A stretch of DNA of 64,000 nt from an uncultured Solirubrobacterales bacterium. GTDB lineage: Bacteria; Actinomycetota; Thermoleophilia; Solirubrobacterales; Solirubrobacteraceae. A program made the position numbers and the translations under genes. How positions within the stretch are numbered: the stretch's first letter is position 1; the number at the start of each line of letters is the position of its first letter. Positions 53,232-62,535 of this stretch are shown one piece after another. The notes beneath the pieces were generated by a model. It did no database searches. It was given only the letters and a program-made list of their open reading frames with translations, and had not been told where the DNA came from. The stretch lies in contig CAVXPW010000017.1 of assembly GCA_963763785.1 (NCBI GenBank), forward strand, positions 5,042 to 69,041, written 5' to 3'.

Positions 53232-54154
53232 GACGGCGCCAGGATCTGGGAAAGGGGACGCGCAACCCGCGCGGCGACCTCGGCCTGACCAGCCGCAGCC
53301 CGCGGGGCGAGCTGGTGGTGGCTGCGGCGCTGCTCGCCGCGTCGGTCGCCGCGCTGGCCTTCGTGGCCGTCTACGCCTTCGACGGGGCCGACACCCAGCT
53401 GCTCGGGCTGAGCATCGGGGTGTGCCTGTCCAGCCTGTCGGTGGCGGCGGTGGTGGCGGGCACGCGGGTGGTCGACCAGTCCAAGGCGACCGAGGAGCGT
53501 CCGCGGCTGGTCGAGGAGAAGCTCGAGAAGGAGGTCGCCGAGCTCGCGTTGAGCGGGGCCGACGGCGTGTCGCGGCGGCGCCTCCTGGCCGGGGCGGCGG
53601 GGGCGGCGGGCGTGACGCTGGGGGCCGCCGCGGCCGTGCCGCTCGCCTCGCTCGGTCCGGGCGACGTGGCGCGCAAGCTGAGGAGCTCGCCGTGGCGCAA
53701 GGGTGTGCGGCTCCTCGACGTGCACGGGGCGCCGATCACCGCCGACCAGCTCGAGATCGGCAGCTTCGTCACCGCGCTGGCCGAGGGCGCCGATCCGCGC
53801 GAGCTGAGCGCGAGCGTCGTCGTGGTGCGGATCGCCCCGTCGGAGGTCCGCCGCAACCCGGGGTGGGCGCCGGAGGGGATCATGGCCTACTCGAAGATCT
53901 GCACGCATGCGGCGTGCGCGGTGGCGCTGTTCCGCTACCCGACCTACGGGCCGACGTCCGACCCGCCGTCGCTCGTCTGCCCGTGCCACTACTCGACCTT
54001 CGACGTGCGCAACGGGGCCGAGGTCATCTTCGGCCCGGCCGGGCGCCCGCTGCCGCAATTGCCGCTGAGCATCGGCGCGGGCAACGTGCTGAGCGCGGCA
54101 GGCGGGCTCTCGGGCGACGTCGGCCCGGCGTGGTGGGGAGTGCGGCGGACGTGA
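53228..54154 (+). CDS. qcrA: Rieske [2Fe-2S] subunit of the bc1 complex
   Basis: ATGA overlap. CTHAAC...CPCHYSTF Rieske boxes. N-terminal TMs. Confidence 0.9.
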   Translation: MRRRQDLGKGTRNPRGDLGLTSRSPRGELVVAAALLAASVAALAFVAVYAFDGADTQLLGLSIGVCLSSLSVAAVVAGTRVVDQSKATEERPRLVEEKLEKEVAELALSGADGVSRRRLLAGAAGAAGVTLGAAAAVPLASLGPGDVARKLRSSPWRKGVRLLDVHGAPITADQLEIGSFVTALAEGADPRELSASVVVVRIAPSEVRRNPGWAPEGIMAYSKICTHAACAVALFRYPTYGPTSDPPSLVCPCHYSTFDVRNGAEVIFGPAGRPLPQLPLSIGAGNVLSAAGGLSGDVGPAWWGVRRT

Positions 54155-55632
54155 GCCCGATCCGCCGCAAGGGCGAGCTGCGCCCGCAGGCCGACGCGGC
54201 GACCGACGCGGTGCGCTTCGTCGACGAGCGGCTGGGCATCTCGCCGCTGATGAAGAAGGCGATGGAGTACGTCTTCCCCGATCACTGGTCGTTCCTGCTC
54301 GGGGAGATCGCGCTCTACTCGTTCGTCCTGCTCGTGGTCACCGGCGTGTACCTGGCGCTGTTCTTCGACCCGAGCGTGGCCCAGGTCACCTACGGGGGCA
54401 GCTACGGCCCGCTCCGGGGCGCCCACATCACCCAGGCCTACAACTCGACGCTCGACATCGTGTTCAACGTCCCGGCGGGGCTCCTGATCCGCCAGACCCA
54501 CCACTGGGCGGCGCTCGTCTTCGTGGTGGCGATCGTCATCCACCTGATGCGGGTCTTCTTCACGGGGGCGTTCCGCAAGCCGCGCGACGTCAACTGGCTG
54601 ATCGGGGTGACGCTGGTCACGCTGGCCATCGTCGAGGGGTTCGCAGGCTACTCGCTGCCCGACGACCTGCTGTCGGGGATGGGGCTGGCGATCGCCTACG
54701 GCGTGCTGATGGGGATCCCGTTCGTCGGCGGGCAGCTGGCGCTGATCCTGTGGGACGGCAACTTCCCGGGGTCGGGGGCGTTCATCGACCGCCTGTTCAT
54801 CGCCCACGTGTTCATCCTGCCGGCGGTCCTGGCCACCCTGATCGCCGTCCACCTGGCGATCATCATGCGCCAGAAGCACTCGCAGTTCCCGGGCCCGGGG
54901 CGCACGGAGGAGAACGTCGTCGGCACGCCGCTGTGGCCGGCCTACGCGCTGCGGTCGCTGGGCCTGATGATGGCGGTGTTCGGCATGCTGTTCCTGCTCG
55001 GGGGGCTCGTCCAGATCAACCCGGTGTGGCAGTACGGGCCGTACGAGGTCTACCTGGGGACCAACGGCGCCCAGCCCGACTGGTACATGGGGTGGCTGAT
55101 CGGGGCGCTGCGGCTGATGCCGGGCTTCGACGTGACGATCGGGGGCCACACGCTGGCGCCGAACCCGCTGCTCGGGGGCGTCATCTTCCCGCTCGTGGTG
55201 TTCGGCGTGCTCTACCTGTGGCCGGCGGCCGAGCGGCGGATCACCAAGGACTTCGCGCGCCACGACCTCCTGCAGCGGCCGCGCGACGCGCCGGCGCGGA
55301 CGGCGCTCGGGGCGGCGTTCTTCAGCTGGATCTTGACCATCTTCATGGCGGGGGCGGCCGACCGGCTGCTGGTCAACATCGGCTTCCCCTACGCGGGGCA
55401 GGTGTGGTTCTTCCGCGTCCTGGCCCTGGTCGCGCCGGTGGTGGTGTTCGCCTTCACGCTGCGCCTGTGCCGCGAGCTGGCGGCGGCGGAGGCCAGGCCG
55501 CTGCGCGAATGGGAGGGCACCGTGGTGCGCCGGGCGCCCGACGGCCACTACGAGGAGCTCGAGGTGGCCGCCGCGGAGGGGGACCGCGAGCGCCCGCCGG
55601 TGCACGGGCCGCCGGCGCGCGAGGAGTGGTGA
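54151..55632 (+). CDS. qcrB: Cytochrome b subunit of the bc1 complex
   Basis: In-frame GTG 54151 (GTGA overlap). FPDHWSFLLGEIALYSF, IRQTHHWAALVFVVAIVIHL, FIAHVFILPAVLATLIAVHL. Confidence 0.9.
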   Translation: MSPIRRKGELRPQADAATDAVRFVDERLGISPLMKKAMEYVFPDHWSFLLGEIALYSFVLLVVTGVYLALFFDPSVAQVTYGGSYGPLRGAHITQAYNSTLDIVFNVPAGLLIRQTHHWAALVFVVAIVIHLMRVFFTGAFRKPRDVNWLIGVTLVTLAIVEGFAGYSLPDDLLSGMGLAIAYGVLMGIPFVGGQLALILWDGNFPGSGAFIDRLFIAHVFILPAVLATLIAVHLAIIMRQKHSQFPGPGRTEENVVGTPLWPAYALRSLGLMMAVFGMLFLLGGLVQINPVWQYGPYEVYLGTNGAQPDWYMGWLIGALRLMPGFDVTIGGHTLAPNPLLGGVIFPLVVFGVLYLWPAAERRITKDFARHDLLQRPRDAPARTALGAAFFSWILTIFMAGAADRLLVNIGFPYAGQVWFFRVLALVAPVVVFAFTLRLCRELAAAEARPLREWEGTVVRRAPDGHYEELEVAAAEGDRERPPVHGPPAREEW

Positions 55633-55725
55633 GCGCAGCGGTGGGGCGTCGCGGCGGGCGTCTCCTTGCTCTTTTGGAGCAGTGATCGCCGGCGCGGCCG
55701 TGGCCCCGGTGGCGAGGAGCGCCGC

Positions 55726-57000
55726 TCAGCGGTCCGGGGCGGCGCGGGTGGGCGCGTCGGCCTCGGTTCTGGCGAGGCCGAGGCGGCGGACGAGGCGCTC
55801 GAGGGTGAGGCTGGGCACGATCAGGGTGCCGAGGACGACGGCGTAGACGAGGAAGATCACCTGGTCGCGGGCGGGGAAGGGGCGCGCGGCGGCGAGCAGG
55901 GGAATCGAGAGGGCGCCGGCCAGGGAGAGCGCGCCGCGCATCCCGCTGAAGCCGAGCACGGTGAGCTCGCCGCGGCGGAGGCGCTCGACGCGGTGGGGCA
56001 TGACGTGGCCGAGCAGCGAGAGGGCGCGCGCGAAGGTGAACATCCAGGCGAAGCGCAGGACGACGGCGGTGGCCAGCACGGCGGCGGCCTGGCCGAGCGG
56101 GGTCAAGGCGTTGGGGCCGGGGAGCCCGCGGGCGATGATCAGGAACTGGAGGCCGATGAGGAGGAAGAGGACGGACTCGAGCAGGTAGCTGAGGGCCTCC
56201 CAGAAGGGCTCGCTCGCCCGGCGGACCGCAGCCGAGCTGATGTCCTCGATGCGGTGGCCGACGTAGAGCCCGGCGGCGACGGCGGCGAGCACGCCGGAGG
56301 CGCCGGCGGCCTGAGCCGCGGTGTAGGACCCGAAGGCGGCGAGCAGGCCGACGACGATCTCGATGGGGGCGTCGTCGACGCGGCGGCGCAGATGCGTGGC
56401 GATCCAGCCGACGGCGAGCCCGATGGCCAGGCCGCCGAGCGAGATGACGACGAACTCGAGGATCCCGCGGCCGATCGAGAAGCCGCCGGCGGCGGCGACC
56501 ACGGCGACCTGGAAGGCGGCGAGCCCGGTGCCGTCGTTGACGAGCGCCTCGCCCTCGAGGATGGCGACGATCCGCTCGGGGGCGCCGACCCGGCGGACCA
56601 CGGCGCTCGCCGAAACCGGGTCGGTCGGCGCGACCAGGGCGCCGAGTACGAAGGCGGGGACCCAGGGCAGGCCGACGACGTAGTGGCCGACGAGCGCCAC
56701 GGCGGCGACGGTGACGACGACGAGGCCGACGGCGAGGGTGAGGATGTGGGGCACGCTGGCGCGCAGGTCGAGGTGCGAGGCGCGAAAGGCCGACGCGTAG
56801 ACGAGCGGGGGCAGGAACCCGAAGAGGACGAGGTGGGGGTCGAGGCGGACGGCGGGGGCGCCGGGGATGACGCCGATCAGAAGGCCGCCGACGACGAGGA
56901 CCGCCGGGTAGGGGAGGCCCACGCGCTGGGCGAGCGTCCCCAGCAGCGCCACGGCGGCGAGCAGCCCGATCACGACCTCGACGTCGACCACAGTGGCCAT
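55726..57000 (-). CDS. Cation:proton antiporter (CPA1/NhaP-like Na+/H+ exchanger)
   Basis: 424-aa polytopic protein; N-terminal IGLLAAVALLGTLAQRVGLPYPAVLVVGGLLIG is typical of NhaP-type exchangers. Confidence 0.85.
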   Translation of the reverse strand: MATVVDVEVVIGLLAAVALLGTLAQRVGLPYPAVLVVGGLLIGVIPGAPAVRLDPHLVLFGFLPPLVYASAFRASHLDLRASVPHILTLAVGLVVVTVAAVALVGHYVVGLPWVPAFVLGALVAPTDPVSASAVVRRVGAPERIVAILEGEALVNDGTGLAAFQVAVVAAAGGFSIGRGILEFVVISLGGLAIGLAVGWIATHLRRRVDDAPIEIVVGLLAAFGSYTAAQAAGASGVLAAVAAGLYVGHRIEDISSAAVRRASEPFWEALSYLLESVLFLLIGLQFLIIARGLPGPNALTPLGQAAAVLATAVVLRFAWMFTFARALSLLGHVMPHRVERLRRGELTVLGFSGMRGALSLAGALSIPLLAAARPFPARDQVIFLVYAVVLGTLIVPSLTLERLVRRLGLARTEADAPTRAAPDR

Positions 57001-57107
57001 CTTCCCGCGGCCGGGCCGGCCACGCGGTAGCCTGGGCGCCGTTTCGGGCGGCCTGGACGTGGGCAGCCCCGCTGCAGGCAGTCAGCCACGAGGAGAGTGA
57101 GCACCTG

Positions 57108-57761
57108 ATGCAGGTCGATGAGACGGTCGAGTTCGCCAGCACCGCCCACGCACCGGCCCTCGCCCGCGACGCGATCGCCGAGTTCGCCCGGGCCAACAGC
57201 GTCGATGAGGCGCGCACCGACGTCGCCCGCCTGCTCGGCTCGGAGCTTGTCACCAACGCCTTCCTCGACGACCGCCAGCCGCCCGAGGCCCCGATCCGCA
57301 TGCGCCTGGCGGCGACGGCGGGCACGCTGTGGATCGCCGTCTCCCACGGCGGCAAGAGCGATGCCCAGGAGGTCATCGAGGGGCTGCGCACCCACGACGG
57401 CTACGGCCTCCAGCTGGTCGAGACGGCGGCCTCGCGGTGGGGGGTGCACAACAACGGCAAGACGCACGTGTGGTTCGAGCTCGATCCCGACGAGGTGGCG
57501 GCCCAGTTCGAGAGCAGCCCCTTCCGGGCCCCGATCAGCGAACCCCAGGCGCGCCAGCTCGCGGCGCTGCGCATCGAGCACCAGGAGCACGGCATCTCGG
57601 TCAGCGTCGAGGCGCTGACGAGCTCCCAGCGCCTGGTCATCGCCCTCCAGGCCGGGCGCCTGCAGCAACTCCTGGCGATCGCGCCGAGCGGCGACACCGA
57701 GACGGACATCTACATCCAGGAGCAGCTGCCGGCGCGCCGGCGCCGCGACTCTCAGGGGTAG
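57108..57761 (+). CDS. HATPase-like ATP-binding protein (RsbW/anti-sigma serine kinase-like N-terminal domain) with an unassigned C-terminal half
   Basis: LARDAIAEF..., LLGSELVTNAF, LWIAVSHGG, DGYGLQLVETAASRWGV, HVWFEL. Confidence 0.6.
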   Translation: MQVDETVEFASTAHAPALARDAIAEFARANSVDEARTDVARLLGSELVTNAFLDDRQPPEAPIRMRLAATAGTLWIAVSHGGKSDAQEVIEGLRTHDGYGLQLVETAASRWGVHNNGKTHVWFELDPDEVAAQFESSPFRAPISEPQARQLAALRIEHQEHGISVSVEALTSSQRLVIALQAGRLQQLLAIAPSGDTETDIYIQEQLPARRRRDSQG

Positions 57762-59077
57762 AGCGAGCGCATGCGCGCGGCCTCGGCCACGCGCTCGATG
57801 GCCACCGCGAGCGCGGCCGTGCGCATCGTGACGTCGAGCCGGCCGGCGGCCTCGGTGACCCGGTCGAAGGCGGCGTGCATCAGCTGGCGCATCCGCGTCG
57901 CCACCTCGTCGGAGTCCCAGAAGAACTTCTGCTGGTCCTGGACCCACTCGAAGTAGCTGACGGAGACGCCGCCGGCGTTGGCCAGGATGTCGGGGACGAC
58001 GGTGATGCCGCGGGCGGCAAGGATCGCATCGGCCTCGGGCGTGGTGGGGCCGTTGGCCGCCTCGACGACGAGCTCGCAGTGGAGGCGGGCGGCGCGCTCG
58101 GCGTCGATCTGGCGCTCGAGCGCCGCCGGGACGAGGACGTCGCACGGCACCACGAGGACGTCGGTGCGGCTGATGTGGCGGGCGCCGGGCCAGTCGCGCA
58201 GGAAGCGCGGGCCCTCGAGCGACCAGGCGAGCAGGGCGGGGACGTCGAGGCCGGCAGGGTCGACGATGCCGCCGCTGACGTCACTGAGACCGACGATCAG
58301 GGCCCCGCGGGCGTGGAGCTCGCCGGCGATCACCGCGCCGACGTTGCCGAAGCCCTGGACGGCGATTCGGCAGCCCTCGACCGTGCGCCCGCGGCGGGCG
58401 AGCGCCGCCTCGAGGCAGATCACCACCCCGGATCCGGTGGCCGCGCGGCGCCCGACGGTGCCGCCGAGGACGAGCGGCTTGCCGGTGACGATCTCGGGCA
58501 CGGCGTAGCCGACCTGCTGGGAGTAGGTGTCCATGAACCAGGCCATCTCGCGCTCCCCGGTGCCCATGTCGGGGGCGGGGATGTCGCGGTCGGGGCCGAT
58601 CACCGGGATCAGCTCGGCGGCGTAGCGGCGGGTGATGCGCTCGAGCTCGCCGGCGCTCAGGCGGTGGGGGTCGCAGCGCACGCCGCCCTTGGCGCCGCTG
58701 AAGGGCAGGCCGAGCAGCGCGCACTTGAAGGTCATCAGCATGGCCAGGGCGGCGCACTCGCCGAGTGAGACGCCGGCGGCGTAGCGGATCCCGCCCTTGG
58801 TCGGCCCGATGGCCAGGGTGTGCTGGACGCGGTAGCCGGTGAACGAGCGGACCTCGCCGTCGTCCATCCGCACGGGGAAGTTGACGACCAGGGCGCGGCG
58901 CGGCTCGAGCAGGCGGGTGCGCAGGTCGGGCTCGAGCCCGATCACGTCGGCGGCGGCGTTGAACTGCAGCGCGGTGATCGCGTAGAGCTCGGAGTGCCAC
59001 TCGGCGCCGGGGGCGACTTCGCCGTCGCTCAGCAGCAGCTCGTCCCAGCCGCCGGACCCGCGGCGCTCCCCCGTCAT
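57752..59077 (-). CDS. gdh: Glu/Leu/Phe/Val-family dehydrogenase (probable glutamate dehydrogenase)
   Basis: GPTKGGIRY, LPFSGAKGGV, VQGFGNVG Rossmann motif. Confidence 0.9.
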   Translation of the reverse strand: MTGERRGSGGWDELLLSDGEVAPGAEWHSELYAITALQFNAAADVIGLEPDLRTRLLEPRRALVVNFPVRMDDGEVRSFTGYRVQHTLAIGPTKGGIRYAAGVSLGECAALAMLMTFKCALLGLPFSGAKGGVRCDPHRLSAGELERITRRYAAELIPVIGPDRDIPAPDMGTGEREMAWFMDTYSQQVGYAVPEIVTGKPLVLGGTVGRRAATGSGVVICLEAALARRGRTVEGCRIAVQGFGNVGAVIAGELHARGALIVGLSDVSGGIVDPAGLDVPALLAWSLEGPRFLRDWPGARHISRTDVLVVPCDVLVPAALERQIDAERAARLHCELVVEAANGPTTPEADAILAARGITVVPDILANAGGVSVSYFEWVQDQQKFFWDSDEVATRMRQLMHAAFDRVTEAAGRLDVTMRTAALAVAIERVAEAARMRSLYP

Positions 59078-59112
59078 CGGCGCAATCTATTGGATGGGGA
59101 CCGCTCGGTAGG

Positions 59113-60237
59113 ATGAGCCCGATGCGACGGTCGCCGCGCGCCCGGCTCGGGGTGCTCCTGACGACGCTGCTGGCCGCCTGCTCGGTGGCGGCGACGGCCG
59201 CCGGGGCGCCGACGGGCTACGACGTCTCCCATCCCCAGTGCGGCGCCGCCCTGCCGGCGGGGGCGGCCTTCGGCATCGTCGGCGTCAACGCCGGCCTGGC
59301 CAACACCGCGAACCCGTGCCTGGGCGTCGAGCTCGCCTGGGCGGCCGCCACCCCGGGGCTGGCGGGCCCGCGGCGGGCGCCGGCGTCGCTCTACCTGAAC
59401 ACCGCCGACCCGGGCAACGGGGTGCCCGACTGGCCGACCCAGGCCTTCGGCGCCGCCGCCGGGGCGACGCCCTACGGCGGGTGCGACGGCAGCTGGAGCG
59501 CGGCCTGCGGCTACCTCTACGGCGCGGTGCGCGCCGCCTCGAGCTACCAGCTCGTGTCGGTGGCCAACGCCGGGGTCTCCCCGGCGGGCGCGCCGTGGTG
59601 GCTCGACATCGAGACGCTGAGCACGTGGGCCAAGCCGGCCGACTCGCCGGGTTGGGCGGCGCTCAACATCGCGACGATCCGCGGCTTCGTGGCCGGGCTG
59701 CGCGCCGCCGGCGCGCGCGCTAGGATCGGCTTCTACTCGACCAAGCTCCAGTGGCTCGAGATCACCGGGCTCGACGCCGGCTCGAGCCCGGCGCAGTTCC
59801 CGACGAGCGCTCCCGACTGGATCGCGGGCGTCGGGTCGCGCAGCGACGCGCAGGCCCGCTGCGGCGACTCGTTCTCGGGCGGCGAGGTCGAGCTCGCCCA
59901 GTTCTCGAGTGGCGGACTCGACGGCGATTACGCGTGTCCGCCGGCGATCCGAGCGCGCTTGCGCGTGGTCAGCCGGGCGGTGCGGGGCGGCGCGCTGCGG
60001 GTCAGCGGGACGATCAGCGTGGCCTTCCGCGGCCGGCTGAGGCTCGAGCTGACCGCGGCCTACCGCGGCCGCGCGTTCCACCGTCGCCTGCGCCCGGCCG
60101 TGGCGGCCGGGCGCTGGCAGGCCGTGGTGGCGCTACCGCGCCCGGGGCGCCTGAGTGGCGCGGTGCTCACGGTGTCCAGCCCTGCCGGCAACGGACTGCT
60201 CGCCGGCAGGGTGCTGGTGCGTGTGCGGCTTCAGTAG
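59113..60237 (+). CDS. Secreted protein with a glycoside-hydrolase-like (GH25/DUF1906-like) domain; assignment tentative
   Basis: Signal peptide (LGVLLTTLLAACSVAATAAGA). GYDVSHPQC and PWWLDIET resemble lysozyme-like TIM-barrel families. C-terminal beta-rich domain. Confidence 0.5.
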   Translation: MSPMRRSPRARLGVLLTTLLAACSVAATAAGAPTGYDVSHPQCGAALPAGAAFGIVGVNAGLANTANPCLGVELAWAAATPGLAGPRRAPASLYLNTADPGNGVPDWPTQAFGAAAGATPYGGCDGSWSAACGYLYGAVRAASSYQLVSVANAGVSPAGAPWWLDIETLSTWAKPADSPGWAALNIATIRGFVAGLRAAGARARIGFYSTKLQWLEITGLDAGSSPAQFPTSAPDWIAGVGSRSDAQARCGDSFSGGEVELAQFSSGGLDGDYACPPAIRARLRVVSRAVRGGALRVSGTISVAFRGRLRLELTAAYRGRAFHRRLRPAVAAGRWQAVVALPRPGRLSGAVLTVSSPAGNGLLAGRVLVRVRLQ

Positions 60238-60804
60238 CTACGCGTTGTTGACCGCGGCGTCGGTCGGGAGCGTGGTCAGCGGCCACACGACCACCGGCCT
60301 GTCGGGCTTCAGCGGGGCGCCTCCGTGGAGGGAGTGGATCGTTTGCCAGAACGTGTTGCGGGCGGAGTTGATCGCGGCGCGATAGGCGAGCGTCGCCGTG
60401 TGGATGCGGGTCCGCAGCGAGACGAGCAGGGCGCGGGTCTGGGTACGCGCGGTCACGCAGGCGGCGGGGTCGTGGGCCTTGCGGGCCGCGCGGCAGGTCG
60501 CGCGCAGGGAGGCGACGGCGGCGCGCGCCTGCTCGCGCAGCGGCACGACGGTGGTCTTGTAGTCGTTCTGCGCCGCGCTGAAGCTGACCCGCAGCGCCTC
60601 GCAGGCGGCCGAGACCTGCGCGACGGAGCCCTTGAGGCCGGGCGGGACGTTGCCGTGGGAGACCCGGTTGCAGAGCACGGAGGCGACCGGGAAGGTGGCG
60701 GCGAAGCTCGGGCTCCCGGAGCGGGCCGCCGCGGCGGCGGCGGGCAGGACGAGTGCCGCGCAGGCACAGATCGCGAGGCGCAGGCGAAGGCGTCGTCTGA
60801 TCAT
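60238..60804 (-). CDS. Hypothetical secreted Cys-containing helical protein
   Basis: Start re-placed at ATG 60804, with AAGGAG upstream. Signal peptide MIRRRLRLRLAICACAALVLPAAAAAA. Confidence 0.6.
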   Translation of the reverse strand: MIRRRLRLRLAICACAALVLPAAAAAARSGSPSFAATFPVASVLCNRVSHGNVPPGLKGSVAQVSAACEALRVSFSAAQNDYKTTVVPLREQARAAVASLRATCRAARKAHDPAACVTARTQTRALLVSLRTRIHTATLAYRAAINSARNTFWQTIHSLHGGAPLKPDRPVVVWPLTTLPTDAAVNNA

Positions 60805-61041
60805 GGAAATGGCGCTCCTTGCATGGGTGGGCCGGTACCTGGGGAACCCCTGAGCGCCGCCGTAGTCGCGCCTCGGGTCACCCGCCGTTGACGGCTCGCG
60901 TTTCCACGACCTCGGGCCTTCACGCCGCCGACCTCGGGCCAACGGGCACTCAGGTGTGCGCGGCGCCGGCGACGCGTTCGAGGCGCCGCCGGGCCGAGCC
61001 GCAGAAGGCGCCGGGCGCCGGACGCCGACGGGCCGCGTTCA

Positions 61042-62421
61042 CTAGCCGCTCACGAGTTGGCGCACCCGAGGGCCGACGACGACGTGGATGATCCTGGCGT
61101 GCCGCCGCCAGGCGATCACGTCGAGCACCTGGAGGCGGTCGAGCATGAACTGGAGCGCCAGCGCCTGGGCCGGGGTCGCGTAGGAGCGGGCCACGTCGAA
61201 GGCATACCCCGTAGCGTGGGTCGGGTCGCGGTCGGCGAGGCCATGGGCGGCGCCGGCGGCCGAGGCCAGGTCGGCGGCGCCGGTGGTCGCCGCGGTGAGC
61301 AGGAGCGGGGCCGGCGAGCGGCCGATCCGCCGCACCCCGGCGGCCATATAGCGCGCGAGCGCCAGGGCCTCGGGGCGCAGGTAGAGCGGGCCGGTGGCGC
61401 GCAGGCCGCTCGAGGACCCGGGCGCGACGAGCGCGCCGCTGCGGCGGGCCGCCGCCACGGACGCGGCGTCGGCCAGGAAGGGCGTGCTCGCGGGCGGGCG
61501 CAGCGCGAGCTCGGCCGAGGGACCCGCGGTGTCGAGCGCGGCCCGGGCGGCGAGGGCCGCCGGGTCGCTGCGGTAGAGGCGCATCGCCGCGCGGGCAGCG
61601 TCGACCCGCCAGAGGTAGGTCGCCGAGTCGTCGCCGAGCGCGGCGAGCCAGTCGTGGGCGGCGGGATGGGCCAGCGGCGTCGAGTCGAAGTAGAGCTGGG
61701 TGTAGCTCACGTCCCCCGAGCCGCCGTAGTGGCGCAGCGCGGTCTGGAGGTTGCCGATGCCCATGTGGTAGGACTCGACGGCGAGGTCGTCGCGGCCGAG
61801 GACCCGCTTGGCGTCGGCCAGGTAGCGCTCGGTGGCCGCCAGCGCGACCGCCGGGTCGAAGCGCTGGTCGACCCGCGCCCGCTGGGCCCGCAGCGCGGCC
61901 GCCCGCCCGGGCGGGGCGGCGGCGATCTCTGCGGCCAGGCGCCGGCTGGCCGCGAGGTCGACGTGCATCCCGAGCAGGCCGCTCCCCGTCTGGGCGACGA
62001 TCTGAGTCAGCCCGGCCGCGGCGCTCAAATCGGTGCCGGCGACGACGTCGGGGCGGCCGGCGCTCTCGAGCAGGACGATCGCCTCGATCGTGTCGGCGTC
62101 GATCGGCCCCGACCGGGCGGCCGCTTCGATCTGGGGGCGGAAGGCGGCCGTCCGGCGCGCCGCCGCCAGCACACCGCCCGGGCTCTTGGTGTAGAGCACG
62201 TGGCTGAGGCCGTCGGTCGCCGCCGCCTCGAGCGCGGCCGCGCTCCCGGCGTGGTAGGCGAGCGCGTCGAACGTCCCGGCGGGGGCGCCGGGGCCCGGGG
62301 CGATGCGCATCGGCGAGTTACCCGAGCCCACGAGCAGGACGAGGCCGAGGGCGAGCCCGGCCACGGCCGCGAGCAGCGCGGCGCGGCGGGCTCTGAACGG
62401 CGCTCCAGGAAGGGTTGCCAC
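61042..62421 (-). CDS. Lytic transglycosylase (SLT) domain-containing protein
   Basis: N-terminal TM, then IVLLESAGRPDVVAGTDLSAAAGLTQIV (catalytic Glu-Ser and the GLxQ motif). Confidence 0.7.
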   Translation of the reverse strand: MATLPGAPFRARRAALLAAVAGLALGLVLLVGSGNSPMRIAPGPGAPAGTFDALAYHAGSAAALEAAATDGLSHVLYTKSPGGVLAAARRTAAFRPQIEAAARSGPIDADTIEAIVLLESAGRPDVVAGTDLSAAAGLTQIVAQTGSGLLGMHVDLAASRRLAAEIAAAPPGRAAALRAQRARVDQRFDPAVALAATERYLADAKRVLGRDDLAVESYHMGIGNLQTALRHYGGSGDVSYTQLYFDSTPLAHPAAHDWLAALGDDSATYLWRVDAARAAMRLYRSDPAALAARAALDTAGPSAELALRPPASTPFLADAASVAAARRSGALVAPGSSSGLRATGPLYLRPEALALARYMAAGVRRIGRSPAPLLLTAATTGAADLASAAGAAHGLADRDPTHATGYAFDVARSYATPAQALALQFMLDRLQVLDVIAWRRHARIIHVVVGPRVRQLVSG

Positions 62422-62535
62422 TGCTGTGCAAACCTTAGGCGGCGATCGGGGGACCGCGGGTTGTTCACGAAACCCTCAAGGTCGACGCTTAGGCTGGGCG
62501 CGCCGGGCACTGCAAACGAGCACTGGAGTCCTCAG

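Noticed and set aside
62422-62535. ydaO/c-di-AMP-type riboswitch upstream of the SLT cell-wall hydrolase gene (a known association in Actinobacteria).
   Set aside because: The gap is only 114 nt, and I could not find the conserved ACGGGGA/CCCG...GGGGT-type core strings on the transcribed strand.
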